Assembly (NCBI GenBank): GCA_964035545.1
Contig: CAXIUT010000053.1
Location: 1-46,579, forward strand
Length of the DNA stretch: 46,579 nt
Direction of reading: 5' to 3'
Origin: Bugula neritina
Lineage: Eukaryota > Animalia > Bryozoa
A program made the translations under genes and the position numbers. Below are positions 24,724 to 40,229 of this stretch, piece by piece (the first letter of the stretch is position 1; every line of letters begins with the position of its first letter). The notes beneath the pieces are model-generated. The model was not told the DNA's origin. It saw only the letters and a program-made list of their open reading frames with translations, and did not search any database.

Positions 24724-26507
24724 TCAGTTGAGGATCTTATTTTAGAGAACCAGGTCACGAACTTAGGCTGTTATAGCTTGAACTTGTTCTTTTGTTTATG
24801 CCTAAACATGCAATCTCAAAACATTTTAAGTGCCACTAGCTCTTAAGAATGCTTTTTTTCCTTTATGTTTTTAAACAATTTTTAAACTGCAGCTTGTAAT
24901 CCTTCAGGCTCGACTACTTTATCTTCTATTTGAGTAACTTTCATTTTTTATTTAGCTTTAACTGCTATTTTTGAGGTCAAACTTTCAAGATCTTTATATA
25001 AAGCTAAAGTATCGGAGTAACTTTTTTTCAAATAGAACAAAGCTACTTCAAAAAGAAGGAAAACACAGATAGCATCACCAACTGAAGGATTGCTTAATCT
25101 GCATACACAAACATAGAATTCTAAAAACTGAATATATTCTTCAAGTTCTTTTTTTAATTCAGGTTTGTTTGCAACTGCAGGAGATTCTAACAAAAATTGT
25201 TGAGTTTTAAGAAGAGACTATAACTTTTCAAGATAATCTTCATTAAAGATAACAGTTCCATGACCATTGGCTTCAAAATAAATTCCAATATCATAATGCT
25301 AAGCTTTTTAATGAAGATTTTTAACTCCAGTAGCAGCAAAGACAGGTTCCATTCCAAATGTGACTTTCAAGTATTCTGAAGAGGAATAGTTAGCATAGTA
25401 AGTTTGAATAAATCCAATAGTCGGTTTAACTGGAATATTGAGAAGAACTTATCCAGTATTATTTAATTTTTATGTTTTTTATCTTAAATCAGTTGATATT
25501 CTGTTAAAGAACTCAGTTAGGACAGTCCCTTCTCTATCACCATCAATCAGATTTAACTTTCCACCTTATTCAGTACTAAATAGACAATAAATTACTAAAA
25601 TACAATTCGATCTGCATCTCCATCAAAAGAAAGATATGAATTATGCTATCTTTTTTAAAATGTTCTTGGAAATAGTTTATTTGTTTTAACGTAATCAGCA
25701 CCACAATCCAAATTCAAAAATTCATGATCAGAAGCATTTTTTAATTAAGCATTGATATACTTGTTGACTAAGTTGCTGAAATGAGGCATGGCTGAGGCTC
25801 CAACTCCATTAGCACAATCTATAGTTCTTGAAATAGGATTTTTCCAACCAAGATAATCAGCTGCTTTGATAAAATATCCACTAAATACTTTCCAAAATTG
25901 TTATCTTACTTCCTATGTATCTTTGATCTCTTTTTTAAGAGTTACATTAGCATAGTAAACTAAATAAAATGATTTTTACCATAGAATTGTAGTTGAGGAG
26001 TAGTTGCTAGGTGAAAGTTTAAAGGTTGACTGGCTTGAGACTTGATTCCATCTCCCAATAAATCAAGTAAAGGTTATGTTGATGGTCTTGAATCTCCACC
26101 AATGAAAACAGTAACTCCAGATTAATAAACTGTAAAACCTTTCTTAACCAAAAACTATTTGAATTGTTTGACTGCTTATTCCAAATTACGTTAATTAACA
26201 AACTTTTATACTTATGGCTCGATATCTTTTTAAAGCATATTTCCTCTGAAATTAGTTATTTTCACTCCATTATCTTCTCTTTTATTGTGACTGGCTGATA
26301 TGACAACTCCAAGATGTTTATTAGGCTGGGTTTTATTATAAGTAGCTACCATAGCTCCAACTCGAAAAGCAATCTTTATCAAAATAAACATACATATGGC
26401 ATATTGACAGCTAGATCTCTGAATCCGGCAGTTCCATACGCAGCAGGTTTGTTTAATTTATCAAATTCTGCTCTAAGTTACTTATCTTTCTCTATAAAGT
26501 TCATCAT
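24724..26507 (-). CDS. PGM3: Phosphoacetylglucosamine mutase; introns 26374-26393, 25960-25979, 25576-25595
   Basis: YGTAGFR, ISASHN, DCANGVG, SFDGDADRI, YFEANGHGTV, RASGTENV; one missing A near 24880. Confidence 0.93.
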
Positions 26508-26556
26508 TAAACAAATCTTAATTGTTATATAAGTTGAAATAATAATAAAACTTACA

Positions 26557-27703
26557 TCATACAGGTCTTAATTCTTGTAAATAACTCATTTCTATTCTTT
26601 TCAACTGTTTGATTCTATCGTCATGAACTATCTTGCCTATATGAGCAGGACTGCCTATTCCAGCTGGTTCTATCTTATCAGACTATTGTAAAAGTACTCT
26701 TGGTCTCATTTGACCTCTCAAAACATGTAAATGTTCATTAGCAGCCATTTTCTTTTGTTCTTTATTTCTCAAATCATTTTGATGAAGAATATCACTCTAA
26801 ATTAATCAGTTATTACCATTTATTGCATTTTCTTTCTTTAGTGGTTTAGCTATAAATATTTATCTATTGCTGCTTTGTATGTATTTTATTCAGTTTGTTG
26901 CTTAAGTACTCTTAAGTGATCTTCTTTTTATGCATATTTTTGATTTATTTATGCAGCTCTTAACTAAGATATTCTTTTGTTCAGATCATAACCTCCCTTG
27001 ACTGCCAATACCTATTACAAATATTTTTTATCAGCCTATGTTTGAGAGTTAATATCAGTCATTAACTTTTGTACTTCTGGATGTTTTTCTTGAAAATGTT
27101 TATTTCTCCACTGCTAGTAATAAGCATTTCTTCTTTGATTGAGTTCTTGATCTTCATAGGCTTTTTTACGATCGATCATTTCGGCTAATTATCGATCATA
27201 ACGCTTTTTTTATTGTCTTGCTTATTAAGCCATCATTCCCTCTTTGTAAAACTGTTTAATATTTTGTTTTTTCTACATTTAGTGTTCCTGGAAGGCTGCG
27301 ATATCATCACTATATCTTTTTTGAAGATGATAAGCATCAACATTTTGTGATTTAGTCATTATTTAATTTAAACTTAAGTTATTTACTTTTCTTGCTGCTT
27401 CGATATCTCTCTTTTTTTTACGTGATCGAGCTCTTAATCTTTCCTCTTCATTCTATATTATTTTAACAATACCCTCCAGAAAAGATCAACTTCTTTATTT
27501 TAACAATTTTACAGCTGTTTTGATATTTGTTTCTTTTCGAAATGTTTTTGTTGTTATCTTTCCATTATTTGAGCTAATAATCTTTTCTTCATAGCTTCGT
27601 TTTGTTTCAACTGCTGCTCCTATTCATTGTATATATTTTAAAACTTCTAGAAGATGCTATTGGGTAGTGAACGACCGACATTACTTCGTCTGCTATCTTA
27701 CAT
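26557..27703 (-). CDS. Coiled-coil hypothetical protein, intron 26797-26816
   Basis: E/K/R-rich frame from ATG 27703 to TGA 26557; probably one indel. Confidence 0.6.
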
Positions 27704-27744
27704 AGTTTTATTTATTAAACTTTAAAATTATAAACATTAGGTTA

Positions 27745-28461
27745 ATGCCATCATTCAATGCATTAATAATCGTACTGTTTATTCTGATTCAACTTGTATT
27801 AGCACAGCCTGGCTATGGGAGATAATAGCCATATACTTACTAAACAGAATAGTATGATTAATATTCTTAAGAAGATCATCCTGAAGATTATCCTTAGTAA
27901 TGGTAAAGTGAAGAATAATTTTTTGATTAAGTTGATTCCTAGGAAAAATCAAAAGAAAAAAAGAGTAAAAATAAAAATAAACATAAATATAAAGATCGTA
28001 GTTAAGGTAGATCTAAATCTAAAAAAAAATCTAAAAAAGAATCTAAAAAGGAGAAAAGGTCACACTTATCAGCTTAAAATGCATCTCAATCAAAAGGAAA
28101 AAATTAGATAGCACTAATTATATTACTTTCTGTACTAATAATACTTGTTTCTTTTTTAATACTGAAGTCAAGATGTAAAAAACGGTAAGCACCAAAAAGT
28201 TAATAGGTATCAAATCATAATATTCATATCTAAGAACCAATACCCAAATAAGAATCTTTATCAAACAAATATATGGCTTAGAAAACGGTAATTATTCAAG
28301 AGACTAAAATGTAGGTAATAAAATAGCGTTTTTTGATAAAACCAATTTCAGAGAGTCAATAGGTGAATAAAACAAATACTTAATCTTAGCTTTCTAAATA
28401 ATAAAAATAGTTACGTTTAACTCCAACTTTTGGAGAATTTAGCTTTCGTAACAACCAATGA
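27745..28461 (+). CDS. Small type-I membrane protein (238 aa)
   Basis: Signal peptide, acidic then basic ectodomain, TM segment ALIILLSVLIILVSFLIL followed by KSRCKKR. Confidence 0.7.
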
Positions 28462-28501
28462 TATCAAATTAATTCATTATAATCTGTTATTTTATATTCA
28501 A

Positions 28502-29556
28502 ATGTATTCTATTACTCCATCTGATCTCACTCCTCTCAATTAGTACCACCAAGAACTACAAAATAAACTTCAATAAACTGTCTAAGAACTATAAATACTC
28601 CAAACAAGTCAAGAAAAAACATTTAATATCACCTATCTTATTCAGATATTGCAAAATTGTCATGAAGCAATTGATCAATCAAGTAAAATTAGAATAAGTT
28701 AGATCATTTGATCAAATATTGCGAAATAATGATTGAAGAAAAAGATATTTTGAAGCAAAATTTAGAAGATGTTGTTAAATAGAAGCAAAAACTTGTTTCA
28801 GAAAATTATCATTTTTTAATCAATATCGAAGAATTGGAAAAATAAAAAATATAGTCGAATCATTTTATTTAATAGATATAGAAAAAAATAGAATAGAATG
28901 AAAAAACAGTCCAAAATAATATTAAAATAGATCTTAAAGAATAAATTTTAGCTATCTAAAATAATTATAAAACCCAAATAAAAGAAAAAGAAGATTACCT
29001 AAAATTACAAGATCTATAAATATAAAACCTTCAAAAATAACTATAAATATCTCAATAATATGCTAAATTAATACATGAGGAGTTGCAACTTTCTGAGTTA
29101 GTATTAGATGATTTATGGAAAGAAAAGAATAATGAAAATAATACAAAAATAAATAGATCAGTTGATACTTATTGTGCGAGTTAAACATCTTGTATAAATG
29201 AACCAATTAGTTAAAATTTTATTAGAGTTTAGTAAAGAAGAAGTAGTCTTATGCAAGATATCTGTCAAAGTGAGCTTATTTATTAATAAATCAAGTAAAC
29301 ATCTACATTTTTTAAGTAATATTAAATTGTTTATGAAATTTAAGAAAAAGATGAAAATCTTCAGCTATAAAGCAAACTTTCTCCTAACTTGTAGAGTTTA
29401 AAGACTAGAAATATAAATAAAACTGTTCAAAATTCGTTTATAGAGTAAAAATAAACATGTAATGCAAGTACTCAAACAAATAGTAACAATTCTTTATCTA
29501 AGTAGATCTATCTTTGGGCAAAAAATCACATAGTTACGAATCGTATATTAAAATGA
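28502..29556 (+). CDS. Coiled-coil hypothetical protein, intron 28683-28702
   Basis: Frame closes exactly after removing the 20-nt intron. Confidence 0.65.
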
Positions 29557-29595
29557 TATATATTATTTTTGATACTTAATTAAAACAAAGAATAA

Positions 29596-30904
29596 TCAAC
29601 GTTTATGAACTTTAGTATTGGCATATGTCACATTTCCTCTTAAATCTGTTCCATGTACATACTTTCCGCTTCCTTATTCTAACTTGGTGACTTGCAGCTC
29701 ATTCTTTTTAGATGGAATTCCTTTAACATTCTTACATTAATCTCTCATCTGTTTAGCGTGTTTTAAGGAGTATAGCTTTACTAGATATTAGCGTTCAGTG
29801 ACTAATATTTTTTTATTATCAAGTTATTCTAAATATATGATTGAATACATAAATTTTTACAAAGGATAACCATGTAATCTCTGTATTTAGGTAGACTACA
29901 CAATGGATTATTTTTAAAATCCATTTTTTTGAGTCTTTACATTCCACCAAAAGGTTCAGAAAGAGCCTACATATCGCTTAGCATATTTTGTTTCAAATGA
30001 AGAGAACTTAAAACTTTAAAATGAACAAAATCTACATATTTAAACAAATACTTGAAATATCTCTAACTCGGTTATTCTAGCAAAAGAATGATTCAAGGCA
30101 ATAGGCCAGTGACTAGCAGGTTTATTCGTTAAAAGTCATAGGATATTTAGATTTTTGGTTGTTGATGTTGATCAGGTGAAGTTTTCTGTTTTTAGTGAGT
30201 CCTTCAAGACAGCTGATATGATTGTCACCAAGGAAAAGTTGTTCAAGTGACTGGAGAGTATCTAATCCAGTTATTTTAGATATTTAGTTAGAATCCATCT
30301 TGAGAATTCTTAATTTCGAGAGTTGTTATAAATTTTGTATCCTATAAATATGATTTCTCGTGAGGTGTAAATTTTGAAGTTGAAGGACTTTATTCATTTA
30401 GCAAATTTATGTTATTTACTTTTATTAAAGAGCCATCAAAGTTATTTTGTTTAAAGGTACTTTTTATTTACCTTTCAGAGTTATTCCTTTCAATAATATA
30501 GCTTAAGTTATTGGTTTTGATGGAAATTCTTTGATTTACTAATGTTTTTATTCTTACTGTTCTTATTTGATATGTATTTTTTACATTTTCTATTTGATTT
30601 ATTATTTTAAGATTTACTATTATTGTGCCTCTTGGATTTATTTTGCTGAACTTAGTACTGATTTTAAAATAGTTTATGGAAATATTTCATTTTATCCATT
30701 TTCTTTTGCTTGACAATTTATTGATACCATGATAGCTATACACTATTATGGAGTATATCCAAGTTCTACCAGCTACTATCCTTTCATAAAGGTAACTGTC
30801 TACCACTCATCGAATCCACTTTCAATAAAGATCTTTATCTTCTATGGAGTTAGATGATCACATAACTTATCGATCAGTTTCTACATTATTTATGCACCCT
30901 ACAT
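29596..30904 (-). CDS. SAM-like domain + SDS22-type LRR protein (PPP1R42/LRRC67-like), intron 29829-29848
   Basis: IFIESGFDEWETVTFMKGEELVELG (SAM-like); LHLTRNHIYRIQNLEQLSKLRIL LRRs; NNPLCSLPKYRDYMVILCKNLEELD LRRcap. Confidence 0.75.
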
Positions 30905-30962
30905 TTGAATATTATAACTATAATAGTTTCTATAATTAAGATTTATATATGTATTTTAAGTA

Positions 30963-33308
30963 TCATTTTCCGAAGTGATCTTTTACATTATTTTGTTTTA
31001 AAAACTTTTCATAGGAACTACCTCTTTAACTACTGTTGTTTTTTCTAAGTTATAATATTTTGGGTCTTTGCTTGTTTTACTGGGCTGGGAAATAACTTGA
31101 TGGTTCAAGGATTCTTTTTGATTCGAAGATAGGTCCTTCTCCTATTACAGTACTTTTATATATGCCTTGTTTTCCCATTGTTTCTAAATCACTTGTTTGA
31201 CTATTTTTGAAAGATTGATTAGCCCCTTTTGTTTAAACAGTTGTAAAGGCTTTACTTCTATACTGAGAAAAATCTTATCTTGAGTTGCAGTTAGAAAGAT
31301 TTCTATATGGACTTTGTCTGTCTTTATTGGATCGAGTGCTGATATCATTTCTAAAGCTGGTAGCTGATGGAATTTGCATGAATTGAGTATTTTGAGTTGA
31401 AATCATTTTAGGCTCAATATTGCTTTATTATCCCAGCTCACAATTCTTATAAGATTAATCTCTTAATTTAGTTTATAGCTCCCAGACTTAATCTTGAAAA
31501 GAAACTATTTCTTTCAGTTGATATCCAACCTGCTAGATAACTTCTAGTTCATTTAAATTGAATTTTTAAGCTGTTCTTTTAAAATTTGATTAGACTTATC
31601 TGTTTAAATATTTGACTTTGTTAACTACTTCATTTTTATGATTATTTTTGGGCATATTTTCAAGTCTTATTTTCATCTTTTTTATCTGTCCTGCTTGGTT
31701 TTAGCAAGTTTCTTTTAGGTTTCTAAGTTAAACTTTAGTTTTTTAATTTAAAAGACCTTCTTCTTTAAGTTTTTTCAATTCTGATTATAATTTATTCTTT
31801 TATTTTTGATATTGTTATCTCTACTTATTTAAAGTATTTTCCATTTTCTTCAAAGATTATCCAAGATTATTAATACTAGTTTGTAAGCTTTATCCTTTAT
31901 GATAAAGTTATTTATTTTCAATAACTAGATCATTAATATGAGACTATTTGCGTATATTTCTTCTTCTTTTTCATTAATTTGATTATTTAACTTAAATATT
32001 TAATCTTTTATTTCATTATTTTCTTGAATCAAAGGCTATAAAAACTTTAATTGTTCTTTAAGTTCATTTTATCTTCTTACTCCTTAAGAAATTTTATTGA
32101 TCATACTCTCCAATAGCTTACTTACATTTATTAATTTAAGTTAAACCTTGATTTATTCTTTAGTTTAGTTCATTTGCATACCTAGCTAGATCTTAAAACT
32201 TTCCTTTTTAACTTTGAATAGTTACGATAAGTTATTGATTTTGAATATCTTTATTATTAAGATCATTTCTACATTTTTAGAAGTCTCTCATGACATTATC
32301 AATATCATTTTTAACAATATCGTTTATTTTTCTTTATTCTTCAATAGCATTTTTATAGTTTTTATATTTCCTCTTCATTATCAGTTAATTTATTACGATA
32401 TTACTATATTTTTCTTTATTTATTTTGACTTATATTTTGACTTTATTCTTTTATTCTATTATTTTATCTACTTAATTATTGACATTGTTCACTCATCTTT
32501 CTTGCATTTTCTTATATTCTTATCAAATTATTTTTATCTTCATTTGAACTCTATTGCCATTTCCTAAGCTATCCTTATAAATTTTGTATTTAGTTATTTT
32601 TTGATTTATTATCTGATCGTAATTTATTTAATTCATTTTGACTTTTCAACATAGTTTCATTTAATCTTACTAATTATTGAGATATTAGTTTATTTTTATT
32701 TTTGATTATCTTTATTGATTTTCCATTTGATCTATTGTATTTTGAAGTATTCTCATCTCATTTTTCAATGAATCGTTTTCTTATCCATTGAATTTCGTAC
32801 ATTTCTATGTTCTCTATCTAAACTTTCAGTTTGCATTTTGGATTGATTTAATTAATCATAGAGTTAAGTACAAGATTTGTTCATTTTCTATACTTGATTT
32901 TTATATCTCTTTAGTTCTTATTCTAAACTTTTTGATTTTTTTAACTAATCTTCTAGTAAAATACATCTATCAGTAAGTTCTTTGATTTGAACATCATAGT
33001 TAAGATAGTTAGCAATATCTCTTTCTGCAGCTTTTTAAATTAACTCTTAAGTTTTCTACTTCTACTGAGAGTCTTTCATTTTAAATAGCTTGAAAAATCA
33101 CAATAAATTCTGCCTATTGGTTAAATCAATTTTATTTCGATAGTTCGGTAGATGTTCGATTCGAGATCTAGATAAAAAACAAAATACTCTTTCATGGTAT
33201 TTTAATTAAGTTTTTGACTGTAGTAGTAAAGATACCATTTTTACTATTGCTCATACTGTTCATAGAGGAACGACTTTTCTGATCAAATTCTCTCGAATAT
33301 TTATCCAT
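30963..33308 (-). CDS. Long coiled-coil hypothetical protein (~775 aa), intron 33168-33187
   Basis: E/K-rich frame with a Ser/Arg-rich tail; probably one indel. Confidence 0.65.
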
Positions 33309-33354
33309 TTAGAAATAATAATACACATTTAATCAAAACTAACGATTTATAATA

Positions 33355-34566
33355 TCAAGATGGAAACTATTCACGTGATCTTCTTAACTTTTCATCTAAC
33401 TGTTGAAGAAGATTACTAGGTGGGTTATAAAATAAATCTTCCTACTTTTTTATACAATTATTTCGAATTACTCGAGATTCTATTATGGGAGCGTTAATGG
33501 CAGTTATTTCAGAATTTTTGTTATTTTTTATTCGGATTATGATATTGATTCTTTCTTATCTTTTTTATGTTTGGACTTTAATATTATTACATCTTTTCCT
33601 GTTTTTTTTGGTAATTATAATTCTTTTTTCAGTTAGTATTATTCAGGTTAGAGTTCAATTTTAAATCTAGAAAGGTTGAAATTCTTAAATTTGTTGCAGA
33701 TGTGGTTCCAACTGATGATATAAATAAGGATATCCTAGTCTTTTTTTAGGATTGCTTTGAAGTAGTAGTTCAACAATTTTGCAAATAGAAGGACTATAGC
33801 TTAGACTCTTTGCATAGTTGTAGAATTGTAAATGATATTTTTCATTTTATCGATATTGTTGCTAAGAAGTTGTTCATTGATTTCATTAGATAGTTGACAA
33901 TATAGATGGCTCATTCCTTGTAGTAAGGCCATTGAAAGGACAGTCATGCCGATTGAAAAAGATTAGCTTTGAACTGGATCAGTGCCATTTTGCATAAATC
34001 CTTTTTTCTTTTGTTCTAGTTATTCAGGAGAGAAGAATGTTTTAAATGATCTTTAGTTAAAGAGGTTAATATCATTAGGAAATGAAAGAAAATGTTAAGA
34101 CTTTAATTTGTCCTTAATTATTCATCATGATATTTTACGGTCTTAAGTCTCCGATTCTTTAGCCTAATGATCTACAATTTAATCCAACTTAAGATAAAGC
34201 ATAGAGTATATACCATAATTAACTTTATTAAAAACAGTGACAAGAAATAGATCTTTCTTCGATAAGTTTTTGCTAGATTAGATGAATAATTTTCATAGTG
34301 AATCTATTTATAAATTTATTTACCTGGAGTATTTCTCCACTTCCACACATACTACGTTCAATAACATTCCAGGTTTTAGGTACCATGATATGTTCGTTAG
34401 GAATATTTCTTAGTTAGACTACAAGATTTTACCATCTCTAGCGAATTCTGTTATGTCCAACTGACCTACTACAAACCAAAGTATCACTTCCATCTTTTGT
34501 AAGTACTTCTAGTGTTCGAAAGTAGTCGTGTTTGACGTTTTCTAGCTTTTTGTTTTAATTACCCAT
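33355..34566 (-). CDS. Divergent protein kinase-like protein (possible pseudokinase), intron 34304-34323
   Basis: IGDLRPENIMM catalytic loop, FFSPEEL, ANLFSIGMTVL; MG- start. Confidence 0.75.
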
Positions 34567-34588
34567 GTTGTTAGTTATAATTATAATA

Positions 34589-36270
<1,682 letters not shown>

Positions 36271-36342
36271 TGGTATTAATTCTTATGATTATTTGTAATA
36301 TATAAACTCTATATTCTTTATTAAATCCCAAACAAATCCACA

Positions 36343-37592
36343 ATGAATAGTATGGATTAAGCACCACTTGTAGAATACCTTCCCTGCTAAAAAAATGGAT
36401 TCCACACTGGATAGGTCCTCAATATGATCTGTCTCAACTAAGAATGTCAACAGGCTATGCTCTGCTGTTGTGTCTGTGTCGAACAAAATCACAAAGAACA
36501 TAAGTAAGTCAGTTAATATCTAGTACAAAACCTGTAAGGTTGGCTCTTTTGGAAGCAACTAAGGCATCTCAGAATATAAAACCTACTGCGTTCAACATTG
36601 ATATAGCACTTGAATTGATCAACTCACACCTCAAACAATCTATTGAAGTAAATAGATGTTTATTTAGAACTTTCATAAGTACAAAACTGAAGTTAATAGT
36701 AAAATGGAAACTATTGAACACTCACTCATTGGATATTACTCTTATTTGATTGAACAAGTTAAACTTAAAAATATTGATCCTAAAGCTGAGCTAGAACGAG
36801 CTTTTCAAGTAGTTCAGTCAGCAGCTCCTGATCCTAAAGATTACATCATATCAATAAAGAGAGTATCAGAGTTGATATCGATAAAGAAAGAAGACAAAAG
36901 TATGTCACAATCATAGATAATGACATCTCTGAACACAACTACTGAAGATCTAAGTAAAATTCTTAAAGCTAAGATGGATGACATGACTAGTAGAGCGAAT
37001 GAATTCGCTAAAGTTATGTAAGATATGAAAAAATCAATAAATCTTTGGAGAGAGTCAAGTTTCAAATTCAAATCCTAATAGCAAACACCCAGATATAAAA
37101 ATAATAAGTGACTTTGTAGTGAAAAGTAGTAATAGTTCTGGTTATAAATTTACAATAATGGAGCCAGGATTATAAGTTGGTTCACCTATAAAAGAAATAG
37201 CTTTTAAAATCAAATAATCTCATTCGAATTGGGTAGCTGTTGGCATGTGTCATAAGAAGATCGTAGCTAGTAAAAATTATGGATTTAATTTTAGTTCCAT
37301 TGGTCATGGTGCGTATATGGTCAGCGCCCAATGGTGGTAGTTGGAACAATTCAAAAGCAGAACAGAATAACAGTATTAAGGTATTTTTATTATGATTTAG
37401 TCGTTTAAATTTGCGAAGGGTGATATCATTAGCTTGAGAGTTAACTTTAGTGATAAAACAGCTCTTTTCAAGAAAAATACAGAGAAATACACTTTGAACT
37501 TCAACACGGTAGCTGATGACGAACTATGTCCTTGTGTTTTGTTTTATTATATCAACGACTAAGTGGAATTCTTGCCCAACCACAAATTTTGA
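36343..37592 (+). CDS. B-box-like zinc finger + coiled-coil + SPRY-like protein; introns 36504-36523, 36648-36667, 37381-37400
   Basis: C...H...C...C...CCVC...H N-terminus; NWVAVGMCH...GHGAYMVS.NG...FKFAKGDII...LCPCV C-terminus. Confidence 0.75.
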
Positions 37593-37627
37593 TTGTTGTG
37601 CATATCATCTTTAATAATAACATATCA

Positions 37628-37690
37628 TATTGATTAGATAAAAGTAATATAAAAGACATATATGTATATTGATTAGATATAAGTAATATA
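37628..37690. repeat. 24-bp imperfect direct repeat in a convergent intergenic region
   Basis: TATTGATTAGATA(A/T)AAGTAATATA at 37628 and 37667. Confidence 0.7.
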
Positions 37691-37701
37691 GAGGAGAAAT
37701 A

Positions 37702-38502
37702 TCAATGAATTTTAGTGCGACTGATAGATTTTTTCATTTTTTGTTTTACCATTTTACGTAATTTATCTAGCTCTGAGGACTAAAGAACGTAGATAGCATT
37801 CTTAGTGGGCTGATTATACATATTTTTGTGGTAATTTGCTTCTACTATGACTTTTTATTACCTTTATTTCTGAAGAAGGAAATGTCTTTTTTGAATATTT
37901 TGTTTATTTAAGACTATTTTTTAATATTTCTTATTATTTCTTTAAACTTTTATTCTATTTTGTTTTATTCTAATATATTTGTTTAAGATTATTCAATTAA
38001 ATTGATAATTGCTCTTCATCGATGTTGTTTCTTCTTTCTTTTTATTATTTATTCCTTTCAATACTATTAAACTACTCTTCTAGTTGACAATTAATTTTAT
38101 ACAAATGTACTTTCTATTAATTAACTAAATTTAGCTATCTTTCTATTTGATTGACTCTTTATTATTTTAAAGATAATTTCTTTCTGACTAATTGTTAAAT
38201 TGCTTCAACTTATTGATTAGATGTCCAACTTATCCTTTCATTTTACTCTTTTCCTGTTATAGTTATTAAATATTCATTTTGTGGGTATTTATTTGTGGTT
38301 TTTGGAATAATTTAAATGTGTTTTTGGTTTTGGTAGGTTGTGATGACTATTACTGACTGTAAAGAAGTTGTTCTTCTGTTTTTTTTCTTTAATGATAGCC
38401 AGCCATCTTATGTTACAATTGATCGAGTATTTAATTAGTTTTTCCTATTCTTCTAACACCACTGCTAAACCTTCTTTGTTCCTCTAGTAATATTTAATTC
38501 AT
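37702..38502 (-). CDS. Hypothetical coiled-coil protein (266 aa)
   Basis: ATG 38502..TGA 37702; length is a multiple of 3. Confidence 0.55.
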
Positions 38503-38534
38503 TAATTATAAGAAATAACGATAAGATAGAACAA

Positions 38535-40042
38535 TCAAAGAAAAGAACGTTTATGTTTTGATGTTCGGATATCAATTGGTTCTTCTTTTAGTAATTTTTT
38601 AATTATAAAGCCAATTCCTTCAACACAGTATCTTCTGGATCTCCAAACCAAGAACGAACATGAATTCCATTTTATTTTGTAGTTAAAAGTTTTTTTATAA
38701 ATTATCTACTAATATCATTTTGGAAAGATCACGACCTACTCGCGAAAAGATCTTTTACTAAATATTTTACCTAACTTAACAGTATGTTGTCGATAAAATC
38801 TGAATTTATCTAAGGTAAATATTAAAGAACTAAATCTGCATACTATTTTAATGCACACGTGAAAATACCTATTTAGAAGTGGGGGTATTAGATCAGATAG
38901 AAATTAAATTAGATGAGGTCTTATTAGAAATTATCCTTTGTTTTATGAGTGTTTTCTGTAATGAACAAGAGTTAATCTAAATCAAGTAGAAGTGTATATT
39001 TATGTTAGGAAATGTGTCCGATGTAATGAGATGGACAAGTCGATAAGAAATCAATGTCCCAGCTACTCCAGTCATTACTAACTAATTTTGTTTGCATAGA
39101 ATTAGAGTAAATTGTAATACATAAGGTTTGTAGTATGATTTCTTATTATAGAAATTTGCTTAGTATAAAATTGCTATATTAGATGGAATTGTTTGGTCAA
39201 TAGTGTTACTTTTTTGATAAAATTATTTCTGATTGAAGAAAGATCAAACTTTTAGTTATTTGAAGGAAGAAGAGGCAAAATTATTTTAAGATCTTGAGTT
39301 GTTATTAGTTTATTTATTGTACTTTTAGTTAGTTAATGATAAATAAGATAATAGAACGAAAGAAGTTATTTGAATAGTTGAGAAAAGGCATGCTAGTTAA
39401 ATCTGTATCTTTTATTGATAAGATTTTAAACCAACAATATCAACATGACTCTTTATGAATAAATAATTTGTTTAACTGATATTTGATCTTATTCTTACTT
39501 TAAACTAAAATCTAAATGATTCAGATCACTTTATTCTTACAAAATATATCTTTTAACCTTTATATAATAGTTTTATGGTTCTTCTTTTTCAATAAACTTT
39601 AATAAATCTTCATCAAATGTAAAATATTTCTTTATAAATCCTTTATTTTAACTTTTTAGATATTTTTATCAAAATATGGTTTTTTGACTCTTACTGATTA
39701 AAAATTATTCAAATCGAATAAAGATCGTTTCTTTAATACCATCGATTTATCACTATTTTTTAATTTTAATCTATATTTATCATGATTCTTTTTTAACTAA
39801 TGTTTTCTTATTAAAAAATATTATTTGCTTTATCGAGATTATTTTATTGAATGTGATTTTTATGCGCTTAGATTAGGTGAAAATATTGAGTTTTCATATT
39901 AATCTGCCTAGGTTTTAAAACGGTGATGTTGGTGTGAAGGAAATCTTGAAGTTGGAGTTTTGTATTTTGTTGATGTCAGAGATTTAAAATGACCTCTATA
40001 TATTGGATATAGCTTCAAAGGGTTTCTCTAACTTGCTAACAT
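38535..40042 (-). CDS. FCP1/SCP (NLI-interacting factor) HAD phosphatase
   Basis: YTLLLDLDE(T)LVH, FLIRPHL.EFL, FYRQHT, ENGIHVRSWFGDPED; several indels at 38700-39120. Confidence 0.8.
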
Positions 40043-40229
40043 TTGATTATTAGCTTTATAAAATTAATGATAATATTGATTAAAATTGTATCACTTTCAA
40101 TCAAATTATTAATCCACTTAAAATCATAATATCTTTTTGAAATAATATTACTTGTAAAAGATTGGATAGATTGTCAATTATATAGAAAAAGTTAATAGAT
40201 ATAATAATCTTTATATTCGTTAAAAATAG

